From the NCBI GenBank assembly GCA_053919585.1, contig CM132813.1: a DNA stretch of 64,000 nucleotides. One strand, given 5' to 3'. The DNA comes from Euprymna scolopes. Taxonomy: Eukaryota. The notes beneath the pieces are model-generated. The model was not told the origin of the DNA, ran no database searches, and saw only the letters and a program-made list of their open reading frames with translations. Of the stretch, positions 49,050 through 62,795 are shown one piece after another (position 1 is the stretch's first letter; each line of letters opens with the position of its first letter). The position numbers and the translations under genes are program-made.

Positions 49050-49165
49050 GATCTCGTGGTCTGGTGTTAAGACATCAGGCTACATATCCAGCGGTGGTGA
49101 GTTCGAGTGTCAATAAGTTTTGCTATACTGACGAGCATTTAAACTTCGAAACATATAGACAACTT
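49050..49165 (+). mobile_element. tRNA-headed repeat followed by a hammerhead relic (SM-alpha-like)
   Basis: A-box-like TGGTCTGGTGTT (49057), B-box-like GAGTTCGAGT (49099), CUGACGA 49128-49134, CGAAAC 49147-49152, stem I CUAUA/UAUAG plus AAGUU/AACUU. Cleavage triplet missing. Confidence 0.62.
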
Positions 49166-49211
49166 AATTTTATGCACTTGGAAAATATTTCAATGAATAT
49201 TTAAATAATAG

Positions 49212-49268
<57 letters not shown>

Positions 49269-50205
49269 GCAAAGAATAACATTTATTTAAATTTAAAATG
49301 CAAACACAATAGATGTTTGGAGCACAAACCAATACACCACGTTTAAAGCGGAACCTTAACAATCAGGTGAATTATGACAGAACCGTAAATCGTAAATCAA
49401 ACAATTACTTATCTAAGCTGAATAATATTATATGCAAACTGATTGTAAAATCTGCATTATATTGGTCGGGTGATGAACAAACTGAACTAATCGAGGTCAG
49501 GAACCTAGCACTTGTTAAAAGCATTTTTTCAAATGTGAAAAAATGGAGCAAAAACTAAAAATAAACCCCTTAAGCTAAATGCACGCTCTGTCTACCAAAA
49601 CTTATTAAAGGGGACAATAATAACGGAGAAGTCTACTGAACAACAAGATCTTAAATTATCTTGGAAGATTCTATTTAAACATTAGTGTATCTACAATGAA
49701 GGTGAACAATAGATACTAGATGATGCTAAAAGCAATGAAAACTGGCCTGGTAAAAATACACCTATAATGCAAGATGGCCAATATGGTATAAGACTATAAT
49801 TAAAAGCTTTAAAAAGCAAAGCATTGCTCGTGTGGGTTACTAAAAATTAACAGGCGCTTGATTGTATACTGTATATGTGAATAAAAGAGATAATAGTCAT
49901 GGATATACAAATGTAGAAAACAATGTCGTTAAGCCACACTAACAAAAATATTAACGCCCCCATTACTTTTAGGTATGAAGAAGAATCTTCTAATCACATA
50001 GAGTATCTAGCTTACACTTAACCTTTGCAGTGGATCTGTTTAGCAAACTCTTCAATAAAAGTGAGTTTTTCTAAAACTTCAACAAATATCGCCAACAAGA
50101 TGCAAAACAATAGAGTCAATCATTTTGATTTTAATAAAGGTATAATATATTTAATGATAGGCAAATTATGTGTCATTTGAATTTTACCATATATACACCC
50201 ACACC

Positions 50206-50272
<67 letters not shown>

Positions 50273-50801
50273 CATATTGAATTTTATAATTGTACGTTCC
50301 ACTTTAATTTCAGTCGTAAATAATTTGTCTTCAATACTCATTAGACTAACTTAACACCCTTTTCATGATTAAAATGATATTCTTTTTCGCATAACATATT
50401 GCTTACAGTACATTTTCCAGCTAACTTTATCGTGTTTGCTTCTTGTAGAAGAAGCAATCTGTAGAGAATTGCAACGCTGTTTTAGCGTGCAATGCAAGTA
50501 AAGACACTGTGTCTTATGTCTTGAAAAGGAATTGCATATTTTAGTGTTCTGTGTTTAAAATCCTAAAGGTAAATGATAAATTGTTTGCAGTATATGGCAC
50601 ATCAATTATTGTTTTATTAAACTCCCAGGAAAANNNNNNNNNNNNNNNNNNNNNNNNNNNNNNNNNNNNNNNNNNNNNNNNNNNNNNNNNNNNNNNNNNN
50701 NNNNNNNNNNNNNNNNNNNNNNNNNNNNNNNNNNNNNNNNNNNNNNNNNNNNNNNNNNNNNNNNNNNNNNNNNNNNNNNNNNNNNNNNNNNNNNNNNNNN
50801 N

Positions 50802-51798
50802 TAGATAGATATAGAAATACCCGTTCACTTTTCACGATAAAGCTAGAACCCAGAATTAGATAGAATCGAGCAATTGCATCGACAACGGACAACGCCAGAT
50901 CCAAAGTGGGGTTCATCTCATCAGTGACGTGCTCCAACGTAGGCGCTAACCCAGGTGATCGCACGCATGGAGTGTGCAATGCTGGAGCCCTAACCAAATG
51001 GGCCACGGCGCAATCTATAGGCTATGCCTCGATTTTTAAATTCTTATATCTTTTATCCAGTTCTACATTCTACGATGCTACAAGCAACGCGTCCTGTACA
51101 ACTAAGATAGTTACTGCTGGTATGGAGGCGGTAGATATCACCTCTACAAACATTAACTGAAATAAGCCGACTCTCCAGATACGATTTCGGAAGAACCTAT
51201 TTGTTGAGGGGCATCACGTACTACGAAGGATGAACCGCTTTTTCTACACATATTAGACATTATGAGATTATAGATAGATATATAAATACCTGTTCACATA
51301 CACCTTTTACGATAAAACTAGACCCCAGAATTAGAGAGAATCGAGCAAATGCATCGACAACAGACAATGCCTGGTCCAAAGTGGGTTCCTATGTACTGCA
51401 TCTCATCAGTGATGTGCTCCAATAAAGGCGAGAACCCAGGTCGTCGCACGCATGAAGTGTGCAATACTGGCAACCTAGCCATATAGGGCAGGGCGCAATC
51501 TATTGGATATGCCTCGATTTTTAGATTCTTATATTTTTTATCCAGTTCTACATTCTACGATGTGATAAGCAACGTGTCCTATACAACTCAGACAGTTACT
51601 GCTGGTATGAAGGTGGTAGATATCACATCTACAAACATTAACTGAAATTATCCGACTCCCCAGACACGATTTCGGAACAACCTATTTGTTGAGGGACATC
51701 ACGTTCCTACAAAGGATGAACCGCTTTTTCCACACATATTAGATATTATGAGGAGATTATAGATAGATATGTAAATGCCCCTTTCACATACACTTTTT
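50802..51798 (-). repeat. Tandem repeat of about 480-bp units (469 bp, 489 bp, partial third), each with a tRNA-like head and CUGAUGA core
   Basis: Units start tagatagatat at 50802, 51271 and 51760. Minus-strand A/B-box-like motifs are followed by CUGAUGA at 50924-50918 and 51409-51403. Confidence 0.8.
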
Positions 51799-52570
51799 AA
51801 AAAATATTTATATCTATAATCAATGTATACAGTATACATAAATCATCTGACTATATTTTAGATATGAATGTAAAATTCTTCCCCATCATATCACACTATA
51901 GCTGTCATAAATATTTAATTATTACATAAACATTTTAGTATAAAGAGTAGACTATTTTATTTTGTTTGGTGAGTTGTCGAAAATGTTATTANNNNNNNNN
52001 NNNNNNNNNNNNNNNNNNNNNNNNNNNNNNNNNNNNNNNNNNNNNNNNNNNNNNNNNNNNNNNNNNNNNNNNNNNNNNNNNNNNNNNNNNNNNNNNNNNN
52101 NNNNNNNNNNNNNNNNNNNNNNNNNNNNNNNNNNNNNNNNNNNNNNNNNNNNNNNNNNNNNNNNNGCAGCCAAACTACAATGCTCATATTTTGTAAATAG
52201 ACAAACACTTATTTGTTTAATATTATTTATAATGTCGATCTAACACTCTTTTTGCAGAATAAATTTTCGTCTTATATTGTTAATAAGAGGAAACATTCAA
52301 TAGAATAACGTAGGTCTTTTTAACAGTGATATATATTTTTCTGTCCAGGAGTTGACATTTAGCGCATGTAGTTTTAAATGGTAAAGGATGTGTTCTCTTT
52401 GACAAAAGTGTGGTTTGTTGTTTATAATCGAATATACGGTTTATGGTCTTATTAAAAGTAAAGAGTTATATCACTGCTAAGACTTATTTTTCGGATAATA
52501 CAAGTATAACATTTAAAATCACTTGCACTAATCGTCATTTCCAGACACACACACATACACACACACACAC

Positions 52571-52621
<51 letters not shown>

Positions 52622-53559
52622 TATATAGCATCATCATTGTAATTTTTAATTTTCATTTTTAGCAGACATTTTACGAGACGACACTTTAAACTTTACAATG
52701 AAAATATATTAAAAGCTCTAATTATTCGCAAAATGTAAAGGTTGTATCTATTTTTTATTTAACTTCTCTGACAAAGAAATACATTAGTTACTCATTAACT
52801 TAAAATCAGCAGGTTTACAAACAAAACCTGGTGTGTGTATATTAAATGGCAAGCCTCATCATGAGAATCCGTGTGAAAATTTTAGAAGTTATGCGAAATA
52901 AAGTAGTTATATTAGATAAACTCATAAAACAGAAACGACAAGACCTGGATAAAAATGTCATTCCACCTCTTAATCTGTTATTTCCCTCAAAAACAACTTT
53001 ATTTCCCGTCTAAAACACAATACAGTGCCTTACTACAAAACCATGAGATTATTTTTCATCAGCGAAAAGTTCTGAATTATATTCTCGTTTCCTGTACAGA
53101 TTTCAGTTTTAGTTGGCAATAGAAATGAAACAAAATCATTTAGTATATTACACGATCATGATGTACACAGAAAGATTCTTAACAAGATATAGTGATTAAT
53201 GTCGCATCATCTTCTTTTGTTATTCACACTTCTTTAGTCATTTCTCATAAGGTTGTAATAAGTCTATCCCTGGCTTCAATATCATCTATCGTTTCTTTGC
53301 AATATTTTTATATAATAAGAGAGTATAAATAAATAATATATTTAAACATACTTACGATAGAAACTAACCAATCAAATTTAGTAACGATTTGCGTATGACC
53401 AATCGGAAACCGGAAGCACACAATATAACGTGCTTTATATTTTGAATTTCGCATTTCTTCGTGCTCACACGAGAAGAAATATTTTGCTTTGTCTGCAAAC
53501 TTTTTCAGTTAAAGACTGATACAGATTATCTATATGCCGAAAAATCAATTTTTAATCTC

Positions 53560-53626
<67 letters not shown>

Positions 53627-54587
53627 CCTAATCATTTGCCTCATTGTTGAAATTGACTATTTTACGATACCCGAGATCAGATTGTAGGTCCAGAGAATAT
53701 ATATAAAATATCGTCTTTTTTCTGCGCGAAATTATATAGAAAATCGGATTGTTCAAAGATAATAATATTCAAAGATATTTAAACATATATTATAGGTTAC
53801 ATCAATTCTTTGTTTTAGTGTATCATAAATTTAACTGTCGGTATATTGCTAAGTAGCTAAATGATCAAACATGTTTTCTTTCAAATATTTCTGTATATGT
53901 TTAATACAACCTACTTGTTGTATCTTGAAAGAAAATTACCGCTGCATCTTTTATTGCAAATATTGGTTGAATATGTAATCGGTTAAATACCCGATTTACT
54001 CGTCGGCATTACTCAGAAAACTGAGAGAAAACAAATACTAAAATGCAATATGTGATTACTATGTAATGCTAACAAGGTTTAATGTGTTAACATTATTTTG
54101 ATCGAAATAATTACCTAACTGCTTGGGTCAGTGCCGTACCTTGTATGATTACTGTTTTTCGTTTTTTTTAAAAAAAAGGTCACGTATTATTCTATTATTT
54201 TATTTCGGAACTGGCCATAAAAAAATTACACTTATTGTTTTACAGTAATTTCGTATTTTGGCTAAATAATATATATTGATATTTTAGTCTGTATTTATTA
54301 TATTATTAATATCATAATATTTAAGTAACAGTATTCGTTTTGCTGTATAATACGTGATATTGCTAGAGGCATACTATATGTTACACACGGTAAAAAAAAT
54401 ACCCAGTGCTTTAAACAAACTAAACAGGTTTCTATGTTAAGTCTGTGTACATTTATAATATATTTTATTTAGGATTGATTATTGGGTGTTACACGAGAAA
54501 AAGTGCTATCGTTAGGTGTAAAAAATAATAAGAAACATTTTCCAAAATTGTGTATACGTATTTATGATAGCCGTGAGCTTTGATTGC

Positions 54588-55165
54588 GGGTTAATTTATT
54601 TGTGGCCGAGCAGGACACAATTTGTTGGGGGTAAATTTATTTCTGGTTGAGCAGAACACCATCTATTTGGGGTTAATTTATTCCTGCTGTGGCAGTACAC
54701 CATCTGTTGGGGGTTAATTTATTTCTGCTGGAGCAGTACACAATTTGTTGGGGGTTAATTTATTTCTGCTGGAAGAGTACACCATTTGTTGGGGGTTAAT
54801 TTATTTCTGGTTGAGCAGTACACCATTTGTTGGGGTAAATTTATTTCTGGTTGAGCAGTACACTATTTGTTGCGTGTAATTTATTTTTGGTTGAGCAGTA
54901 CATAATTTGTTAGGGGGAAATTTATTTCTGGTAGAGCAGTACACCATTTGTTGGGGGTAAATTTATTTCTGGTTGAGCAATACACAAATTGTTGTGGGTA
55001 AATATATTTCTGGTTGAGCAGTACACCATTTGTTGGGGGTAAACTTATTTTTGGTTTAGCAATACACCATTTTTGGGGGTAAATTTATTTCTGGTTGAGT
55101 ACATTATTTGTTGGGGATTGATTTCTTTCTGGTTGAGCAGTACTCTATTTGTTGGGGATTAATTT
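54588..55165. repeat. 41-bp minisatellite, about 14 copies
   Basis: Consensus gggggttaatttatttctggttgagcagtacaccatttgtt, head to tail without spacers. Confidence 0.95.
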
Positions 55166-56291
55166 AGATATGTGGCGTTTTAAATCGAGTTGTAGCCTAA
55201 GTTTTGACAGAAAGATGTTAAATGTCTTACATTTTTATATTACCGCACAATCTGGTGAATCTTACGTATTTAAATGCCCCCCGGTAATCTTCGTAGCAAA
55301 TCTTCATAGGCTGTGATTTAGCGAATAAATTTTATACCTATTAATTTCAACACATTTTTTTCAGCGATAAAGTCATTTCATTCAGTCACATGAAACTAAT
55401 CCAGACGTCGGGAAGTGTAAAGTAATTACGTTCTTTTCATGTTGAATTACGCAGATATTTTTTACAAGGTTAAATCTGTGAAGATTTCTCAGAAAAATAC
55501 ATTCTAACTATTAAAGTGCGTAAGCGTCTTTACTGTACTAACCTTAAAGCGAAATAAGAAGAAAAGTAAATTGAAGTGCTGAAATTAGTCTTAAATTTCT
55601 GCTCTAATAAAAGAAGTATATGCTTAGAGATTTGATATCTTCTTTAGATATATAAAGTATTTTATGAGATGAAATAAGATATGCTTTTCGCTAGCAGAAA
55701 GAAGATAGATAAAGAAAAGAAAGCAAACGGGAACTATAACATTGTTAGTGTACAACAAACTAAATAAACTATGGCATATGTCAATGTAAGGAGATAACCA
55801 ATGAAGGGAATCTTTAATCAATGGACACATCAGCGTGCGTCATAATTTTTGTTTTAAATCAAATAACTCATACTTCAGATTAAAAAACAATAACTAGCAA
55901 ACGTAAACTCAATTTATTCTGGACCATTTGTTTATATTTTCTTGATATTATTATTTTAAGTGATATTTATTTGATATTAATAGTCTGTTCATGTGAGTAT
56001 TTGTATTTGAGTTAATTTCTCATACAGCCGTCTATAGGGTTTAGGTTGTATCCAATCTGAACTTTCTCTCCAAATCATATTAATAAATTATTGAAAGGAT
56101 AGAAAGTATCTCATCGTATTGAAATTTAAAATTACCGTTTATCCACCAGACCATTTTGTTTATACAAAGGTTCATTATGAGTTTGTTAACGCTCGATTCT
56201 ACAAGAAATAGAAACCTTCAATAGAAAGACGAAGAGTTGTACATTAACTCATATATTTGAAGGCTAACAAAACATGTTCATTTGATCTCTG

Positions 56292-56561
56292 GTCCTGGAT
56301 ATGACCTTAAACTATATCCGGTAGTGAGGCACCAGCTTGCAGGCCTTAGGGAGCGTGGAGCCACCCTTTAATCGCCATTGCTCCCAGGTCCACTTTGACG
56401 CGGAGTGGTTGCACCTGTTAGGGTCCCAACTATGGGTTGAATAGAATGCGACTTAAAAAACAAATATACTATATTAAAAAGATAGTTCTCCAAAATCACC
56501 AGATTCGGCATTAAATAACCTGAAAAGGGTTGATATGCCGTAAAACAAAACAACCAGTCAA
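56292..56561 (+). mobile_element. SINE-like short retroelement, family A (copy 3)
   Basis: 14-bp TSD tcatttga(t/c)ctctg at 56278-56291 and 56562-56575; colinear with 36122-36411. Confidence 0.88.
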
Positions 56562-57056
56562 TCATTTGACCTCTGTTCGATTATGTGCAACATTTATGGA
56601 AATCCGATTTAAAATGAACATGTACTGATGAGGTAAAATACCATGTTGAGAAACTGCCGCGGTCTGTCATTCTATCGAGGGTAGATGGGGCTCTCTGAAG
56701 TCATATTAGGCACTCCATCTAGTGATGGCGTCACGAAAAATATACCCCTGATAGCCCTAGCAAAGCATCAAGTATTGATCAAGTTTAGTTTAATAACAAC
56801 CGAAAATGCTTGAATTACACTACAAACGCGTGTAGTAAGTTAAATCTCGGCTGCAAGGCCAGCTGGATGGATGGTATGATTAGACTCAATAACGTGAATC
56901 GACAACCACCATAATAAAGGAATGCATAGTTGTAAATTTGCAACACGAATATACGTTTTACATTAAACAATACTGTCACACAATTCATTGCAATAACAAT
57001 AATATCAGTAATTATTACATGAACGTGAATAATATATATATATATATATATGTATA

Positions 57057-57110
<54 letters not shown>

Positions 57111-58149
57111 CGCCTAATAATCAGAAGGATTTTTGAATTGTTGTATAATCACAAAGGTGTAAAATAAACAGTGATTTTAACAGATCGGATATGAAAAAAA
57201 TGCGTCACATATTAACATGCGCTTGTGATAAATGTTGCATTTCAACGTAATCTAACAAAGTCGAAATTTATAGTCGATTTTTTGTTTTAACACGTCACAC
57301 ATAGACTATATATTATGTTTCTCAAATAAAATTGGATTGCGAAAAATTATTGCAAAGTTGATTTAAAATTACATTATTAGATACCATGTAAGAAGGAAAG
57401 AATATTGATGTAATATATAACATTTTTTTTGTTTTTATGTTTATCTGGGTTTTCCTAATCGGACAAAAACGAATTTTTATTTTTATATATCACGATATAT
57501 ATATTTAGTTGCTTTGAAAAAGTATTATTCACCCCAAAATTCCTAGTGAAAATGAGACGTCATTGACTACCGTTGTTCAGAGATAGAATTTAAAGTAAAT
57601 TAAAAATACATATCTTTGAAAAAATGGACCAAGGAAAACTTGCAAGCATAATCGGTCCAAGGTATGCATATATTAGATAAAATTGTTTTCTAGAACCTTG
57701 ACTTACATAATTGAATAGGTGGAATTGGTTCGATGAAGAATTAATCGTACTTATTTTTGTTGTAATGGTAACAATGCACAAGATTCGTTCGATCGGATAC
57801 TGTTTAACTACTCATAAAGTATTTAACATTGTGACGATTTATTTCTGCTGGTTGAAGTCTAGAGGTTTTGAAGACATTTTGGGATTTTGGATATCTGTTA
57901 GGAAATGCAAACTAGAGTTTTGCTGCTCCTGCCCAAATCTGGAAAACAATAATCTATGCAATCGCTAGTGATGGCATTAAACAAGAATAAGCCACAGGTT
58001 TGAACATATTTCTACAATAGTAAAAGTTATGCAATACTTTGTAAGAGGATTATGATTGTCTTCTAAGTAGTTAGTCAAAGTCATGTTACTTTGGAGCTTT
58101 GACTAATATATTTGAACGTTACACTCACAATAATGAGCGCTTTTAATAG

Positions 58150-59370
58150 CAAACACTTGTCAACAATAAATTGTTTTACTGCAATTATTCAACTGGTTTC
58201 AGACTAATCTTATGTGCTATATTTAAAAATCACCTTTTTTCTCAATCACTTCAAGTATATTTTGTTTGAGGTCACATGTTTATTACTTTTTGTTGAGTAT
58301 TTAGACGAAGTTAGTCAGGGTAAAATGTTATGGCAAATAATTGTTTGGATTGGGCATTATTATTTTAATGATAGACGTCATCAGATTCGGTAGTCCTGGG
58401 TTATTATGTCAGAAAGAGTTCAGTTTGATATAATAAAACCTTGAACTCTTCCAAAAATTTGTGTTCAGCATATACAAACTGGGGACTGGTTTGTGCGTAT
58501 GAAATTAGTGCATTGCAAAGAATTGAATGTCGTCAACGATCCTCTGGTTGATAAAGGAAAAATACTATTTTCCTTCCAGCACATCAAGCTCAGATTAATC
58601 AAGCTGTTCACTAAAGTTCTGGATATGGATTCTGCCTACTTCACTTACTTATCTTAGGTTTTTTCCAGGATTAACTATGAGGAATTTGAAAGCTGACGTC
58701 GTTGTCGGTTCTAAGAGCCGCCAACTCATCAAACATACAGATTTGAAACAAACCATTGTGCAAAATGAAACTGGAAGATTTGGAGGTATTTGTTCTTTTA
58801 ATGAATTACGGTATGTGCAACAACAAGGTCAGGAACAACGTATAACATGAAAAACACGCTGACTGATTTTGGAAACATGCGCTGCAACATGAGCGTAAAG
58901 ATATATTACTTATTTTCACATATTGTTCCGTTTCCTAAAAATTAGGCTCGATGAGTTACAAGCAGAGAGAGTAAGTCTATAAAGACCGGAAATAGATCGA
59001 GATTAAGTATCAAGGTCCTTGAACCGCAGTCATGATCAATGACTATGGCTGGAATCTGAAGAATTACCTTCCTGCTGCTGTTCGAAGAAACGGACGTTTA
59101 ACCCTTGAATTTAGTAACAATGGTGAAGCAACATGCAATATACATGTACTTACCATTATCAGTGGGGTCCATTAAAGTTATGGAGATCGCTGTTCCTATC
59201 AGATATATAATATCAGCCATTGGCAAAACATTGTTTGTTTAAACCATAATCGGCATGTGTGCAAAGATTAGGTGATAATGCAACAAAATGTAATGTATTT
59301 TGTCACAAAATTTGATTTTCGAAAATCTACTTAGCTCAGAAAACTGATCTCAAGAATAGAACGGGTGTTA
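58150..59370 (+). pseudogene. Decayed DNA transposase, probably CMC Chapaev3-type
   Basis: VVNDPLVDKGKILFSFQHIKLRLIKLFTKVLD (PPLHIKLGLMK-like), CNMSVKIYYLFSH, KYQG...MINDYGWNLK (ERYQG...MMADYCW-like). Many stops; boundaries approximate. Confidence 0.72.
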
Positions 59371-59499
59371 TTTCCGTAATCCAAAGAGCAAAAACCCTCT
59401 TAATCAATTGTAGAAATCCATTCAAAGAGCGTAATAATTTTGCCCAATTAATTGAGGGTTGGAACGTATTCGTAGAATTGTTAAATATGAACAGTTATA

Positions 59500-60173
59500 T
59501 CTCTACTATTTTCCATATAAAAATATATGTGTGTATGAGTGTGCGAATTCGTTCTCTATAAAATCCGTAACGACTGGGCTGATTCTTGGGATATTTCATG
59601 CAATGTCTTTAGTGTATATATCTGAGAGTGATCTTAGTTCACTTTTGTCTAAGAATGCTCTGGTAATTCCCGATAATCCATAATCCAAACCGTTATTTTA
59701 ATCTATCTGTCATCGGTAACACAATTTTCCATTTCGTCGCTTAGCAACAAGAATAGAACAACGGGCCATGAAAATTCTACAGTGGGTAAGTTGATATCCC
59801 GGTTTTTTTGTTTTTTTATTTATTTTTTTATTTTTTGCATAAGATGGTCTACAGGTCCAATATCCGCACGTAAATTTCTGTTTTTTTTCATTAGCTCCAA
59901 AGAATTTAATTAGACTTGAAAATTTAATTGTTTTCTTTTCTTGTTTATTTTTATTTGGTTTGACGTTGTCTGTAAGTTAATATAGTAAATTTCGTAATCT
60001 TTTTTTACCAACTGGAAAGAGGTATATATAAAATAATTTGATAAAGGAAAGGGTCCGTTCTCTAAAGTGCAATGTAGAATAACATATGTTTTGGACAAAG
60101 TTACTGCCAATAAAAATAAAAGATTGTAAAATATTCGTTGGCTATCAAATTCAATCCTGGGTTCTCCCTGCTA

Positions 60174-60174
<1 letters not shown>
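59500..60174 (+). mobile_element. Helitron-like non-autonomous element
   Basis: Starts A|TCTCTACTA (as at 6914) and ends CTAG at 60171-60174, immediately before (TA)n. Confidence 0.5.
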
Positions 60175-60243
<69 letters not shown>

Positions 60244-60582
60244 TGTGAAGTAGTCTCATATCGGAGACATATAATACAGATGATGTACATCGGAGTACGT
60301 ATATATCGGAAGCCGAGACACTTATATAGCGACGACGATGACAACCTTGTTTGTATAACGCTGTAAACGGCGGCGACGGTGACGGTTCTATTTATTTCGT
60401 ATTATTATGATGAGGAGACATATTAATGTAAGAAGAGAGATGTTGAATACAGTTTTTTTTTTAACTCATTAGAATGGAGGTAACTCCTTGATGGTAGCGT
60501 AGGGGAAAGACAGTTTTAACTTGAAGGGCATTGTACGACGTTCGTTTAAAAGATGATAGACAAAAACACATTAACTTGCAGT

Positions 60583-60880
60583 TGTTATTAAGACACGAAG
60601 ACCAACAGTTTACAAAATATAGATAGTGATTTTTTATTCGTCCAACCCTCTGAAGGATGAATTAGAAATTCTAGTTTTACGGCTACGTGGTCTCCTCTCC
60701 CCGCTTCGTCTACAATTACGTCAGTTCCGACTCATTTCTTTCTCACTAACTCGAGCCCATTTCAATATATTGGAATCGCCCCTTCTTTATGTCGTCGGAG
60801 GCGTGGTCAGACAATGTAACACCCACCCGTTTCAAATTATACGTGCGCTTTGCTCAGGCATTCACAGGCCTATGGTAACA
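60583..60880 (-). mobile_element. Possible solo LTR
   Basis: TGTTA...TAACA termini, higher GC, minus-strand AATAAA near the 3' end. No TSD found. Confidence 0.35.
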
Positions 60881-61312
60881 AAGAAATTCCTTAATTAATT
60901 GTTTCATTTCTAACCTATGTGTTTATCTTTAATTTCTAAACTGCATTGTTCATATCTAACTCTTACATGAATAGTACTTCGTTATTTCAAAAAAAGCACG
61001 ACACTCGTAATAGGATATCAATGTGTATCCTTTTTTAATTTTCCTACTGGGTTCGATTCTAACCGTTTACAAATATAATTTTCAACTTATGTACTTTTCT
61101 CTTAATTACTGGGGTCTGGCCCTTTTTACATAACACGCACACACACATATATGCATATATATATATACATTTATGTTTATATATGCATATGCATATATAT
61201 GTATATATGTATGTAAGTCGGTATGCATGCATGCCTATATGTGTATATATACGGGTACATATACATATATGTATATATATATATGTGTATGTATATATAT
61301 TTCCATATATGT

Positions 61313-62395
61313 GATCGGGTGGCTCATACGAGGGCTGATATGCAGCATCTTGTGGACGCCTTTGGGGGTGCATGCAGCACATTGGGTTTGGCTATCAATC
61401 TGAAATAATATATCAGCCTGCACCATGCATTCCATTCTATGAGCCTTCAGTTTATATCTATAAGTCAAAAATGGCGGTTGTCGCTTAGTTTGTATACTTG
61501 GGTAGCACACTAAGTATGTCTGGACAAACGTTTGCGGAGCTGTCATTGGATATCGCTACCCACAATGATTAAGGTGTATGCCGCACGCGTCCTCTCTGCT
61601 TTCTCTTTGCCTGTGGGACTTGGACAACATACATGACGCATTTGAGACGTCTTGAGCGGTATCAGAAGATGTGCCCACGGTGAATCTTAGGTGTTGGCTG
61701 GCAAATGTATGTCAGCGATCTTGAGGTACTGTAACGACCAAATGTCTAAGCATTGAGGTTGTCATTATCAAACATAGGCTGAAATTGTTTGGTCTTGTTG
61801 TAAGGATGTCAGACAGTCAACTTCCCAAACAACTTCATGGCGAGCTCGCCGAAGGAAGGCGTCTGGCTCAAAAAGCTTAAATGAGATTCAAGGATTGTTT
61901 GAGGTTCTCCTTAAAAAATGTGAGACGGATGAGAGAATCTGGGAGAGTCTTGCTATGGATCATGGAGAGTGGAAAGGTACCCTGCGATGAGGTGTGGGCT
62001 AGTTTAGTCTGATCGAATCCAGTATGATCAGCTGAAACGTGATATACGGAAAGGGAAGGTACAAGAAGCAGTGGATGAGCTGGGACGCCAAATTAGTTTA
62101 GAGCGTGAGGTGTGCGGGAGATTATGTCGGAGCAGAGCTAACCCGATAAGCCATAAGACTACTCATCAGCGCAGTGGGTCACAAAACAGTCTTGTGTTGC
62201 CAGATCTAACCAGTGTGAACTGCGGGCGGACGTGAAAAAAAATGGCGGTTGAAGCACATTTTAATATTCCTAGAAGTGACCATTTAGAACGTGTTGCTAG
62301 TGGCGCTCATGTCTGCACAATGTGTGCAAATGAACGCCAGAGTTTGGCAGGGCGTAAACACAATCTTTGCGCGCCCCATCATTATTTGTTTTAAT
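61313..62395 (+). pseudogene. RTE-clade non-LTR retrotransposon, decayed 3' fragment
   Basis: VAHTRADMQHLVDAFGGACSTLGLAINLK, FVYLGSTL, GTWTTY, VVRMSDSQLPKQL.GEL, and C-terminal C2H2-like motifs (EVCGRLCRSRANPISHKTTH). Confidence 0.85.
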
Positions 62396-62398
62396 GTT

Positions 62399-62461
<63 letters not shown>

Positions 62462-62519
62462 TTATATGTGCTATATCAATAATGACAATGTTGGAAAACG
62501 AATTAAAATGAATTTGCTA

Positions 62520-62550
<31 letters not shown>

Positions 62551-62740
62551 GTATACATTGTTATATGCTAAATTGTAAATTAGTAGTTTTTAACTTCATT
62601 ATTATGAGTATATTTCTCTTTTAAAATAGTATACTTCAAATCACATTGAAGTTTTATCTGAATAATGAAAGAATGACTGCTTCATGAACATTCATTTTTC
62701 ATTATAGACATGTTTTAGTACATTATTCAGCATGGATGCT

Positions 62741-62795
<55 letters not shown>

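Noticed and set aside
49400-49875. Very old Tc1 transposase remnant
   Set aside because: Only faint motif echoes (LYWSGDEQTELI); cannot be supported without a profile search.
50929-51012. Functional tRNA gene (also 49050-49120)
   Set aside because: Degenerate B box, irregular anticodon arm, and embedded in a repeat unit; treated as SINE-type heads.
54588-55165. CRISPR-like array
   Set aside because: Units are contiguous with no unique spacers, there are no cas genes, and the context is eukaryotic.
61059-61546. YIYI/CVCV-rich ORFs here and elsewhere
   Set aside because: Translations of TA/CA microsatellites.
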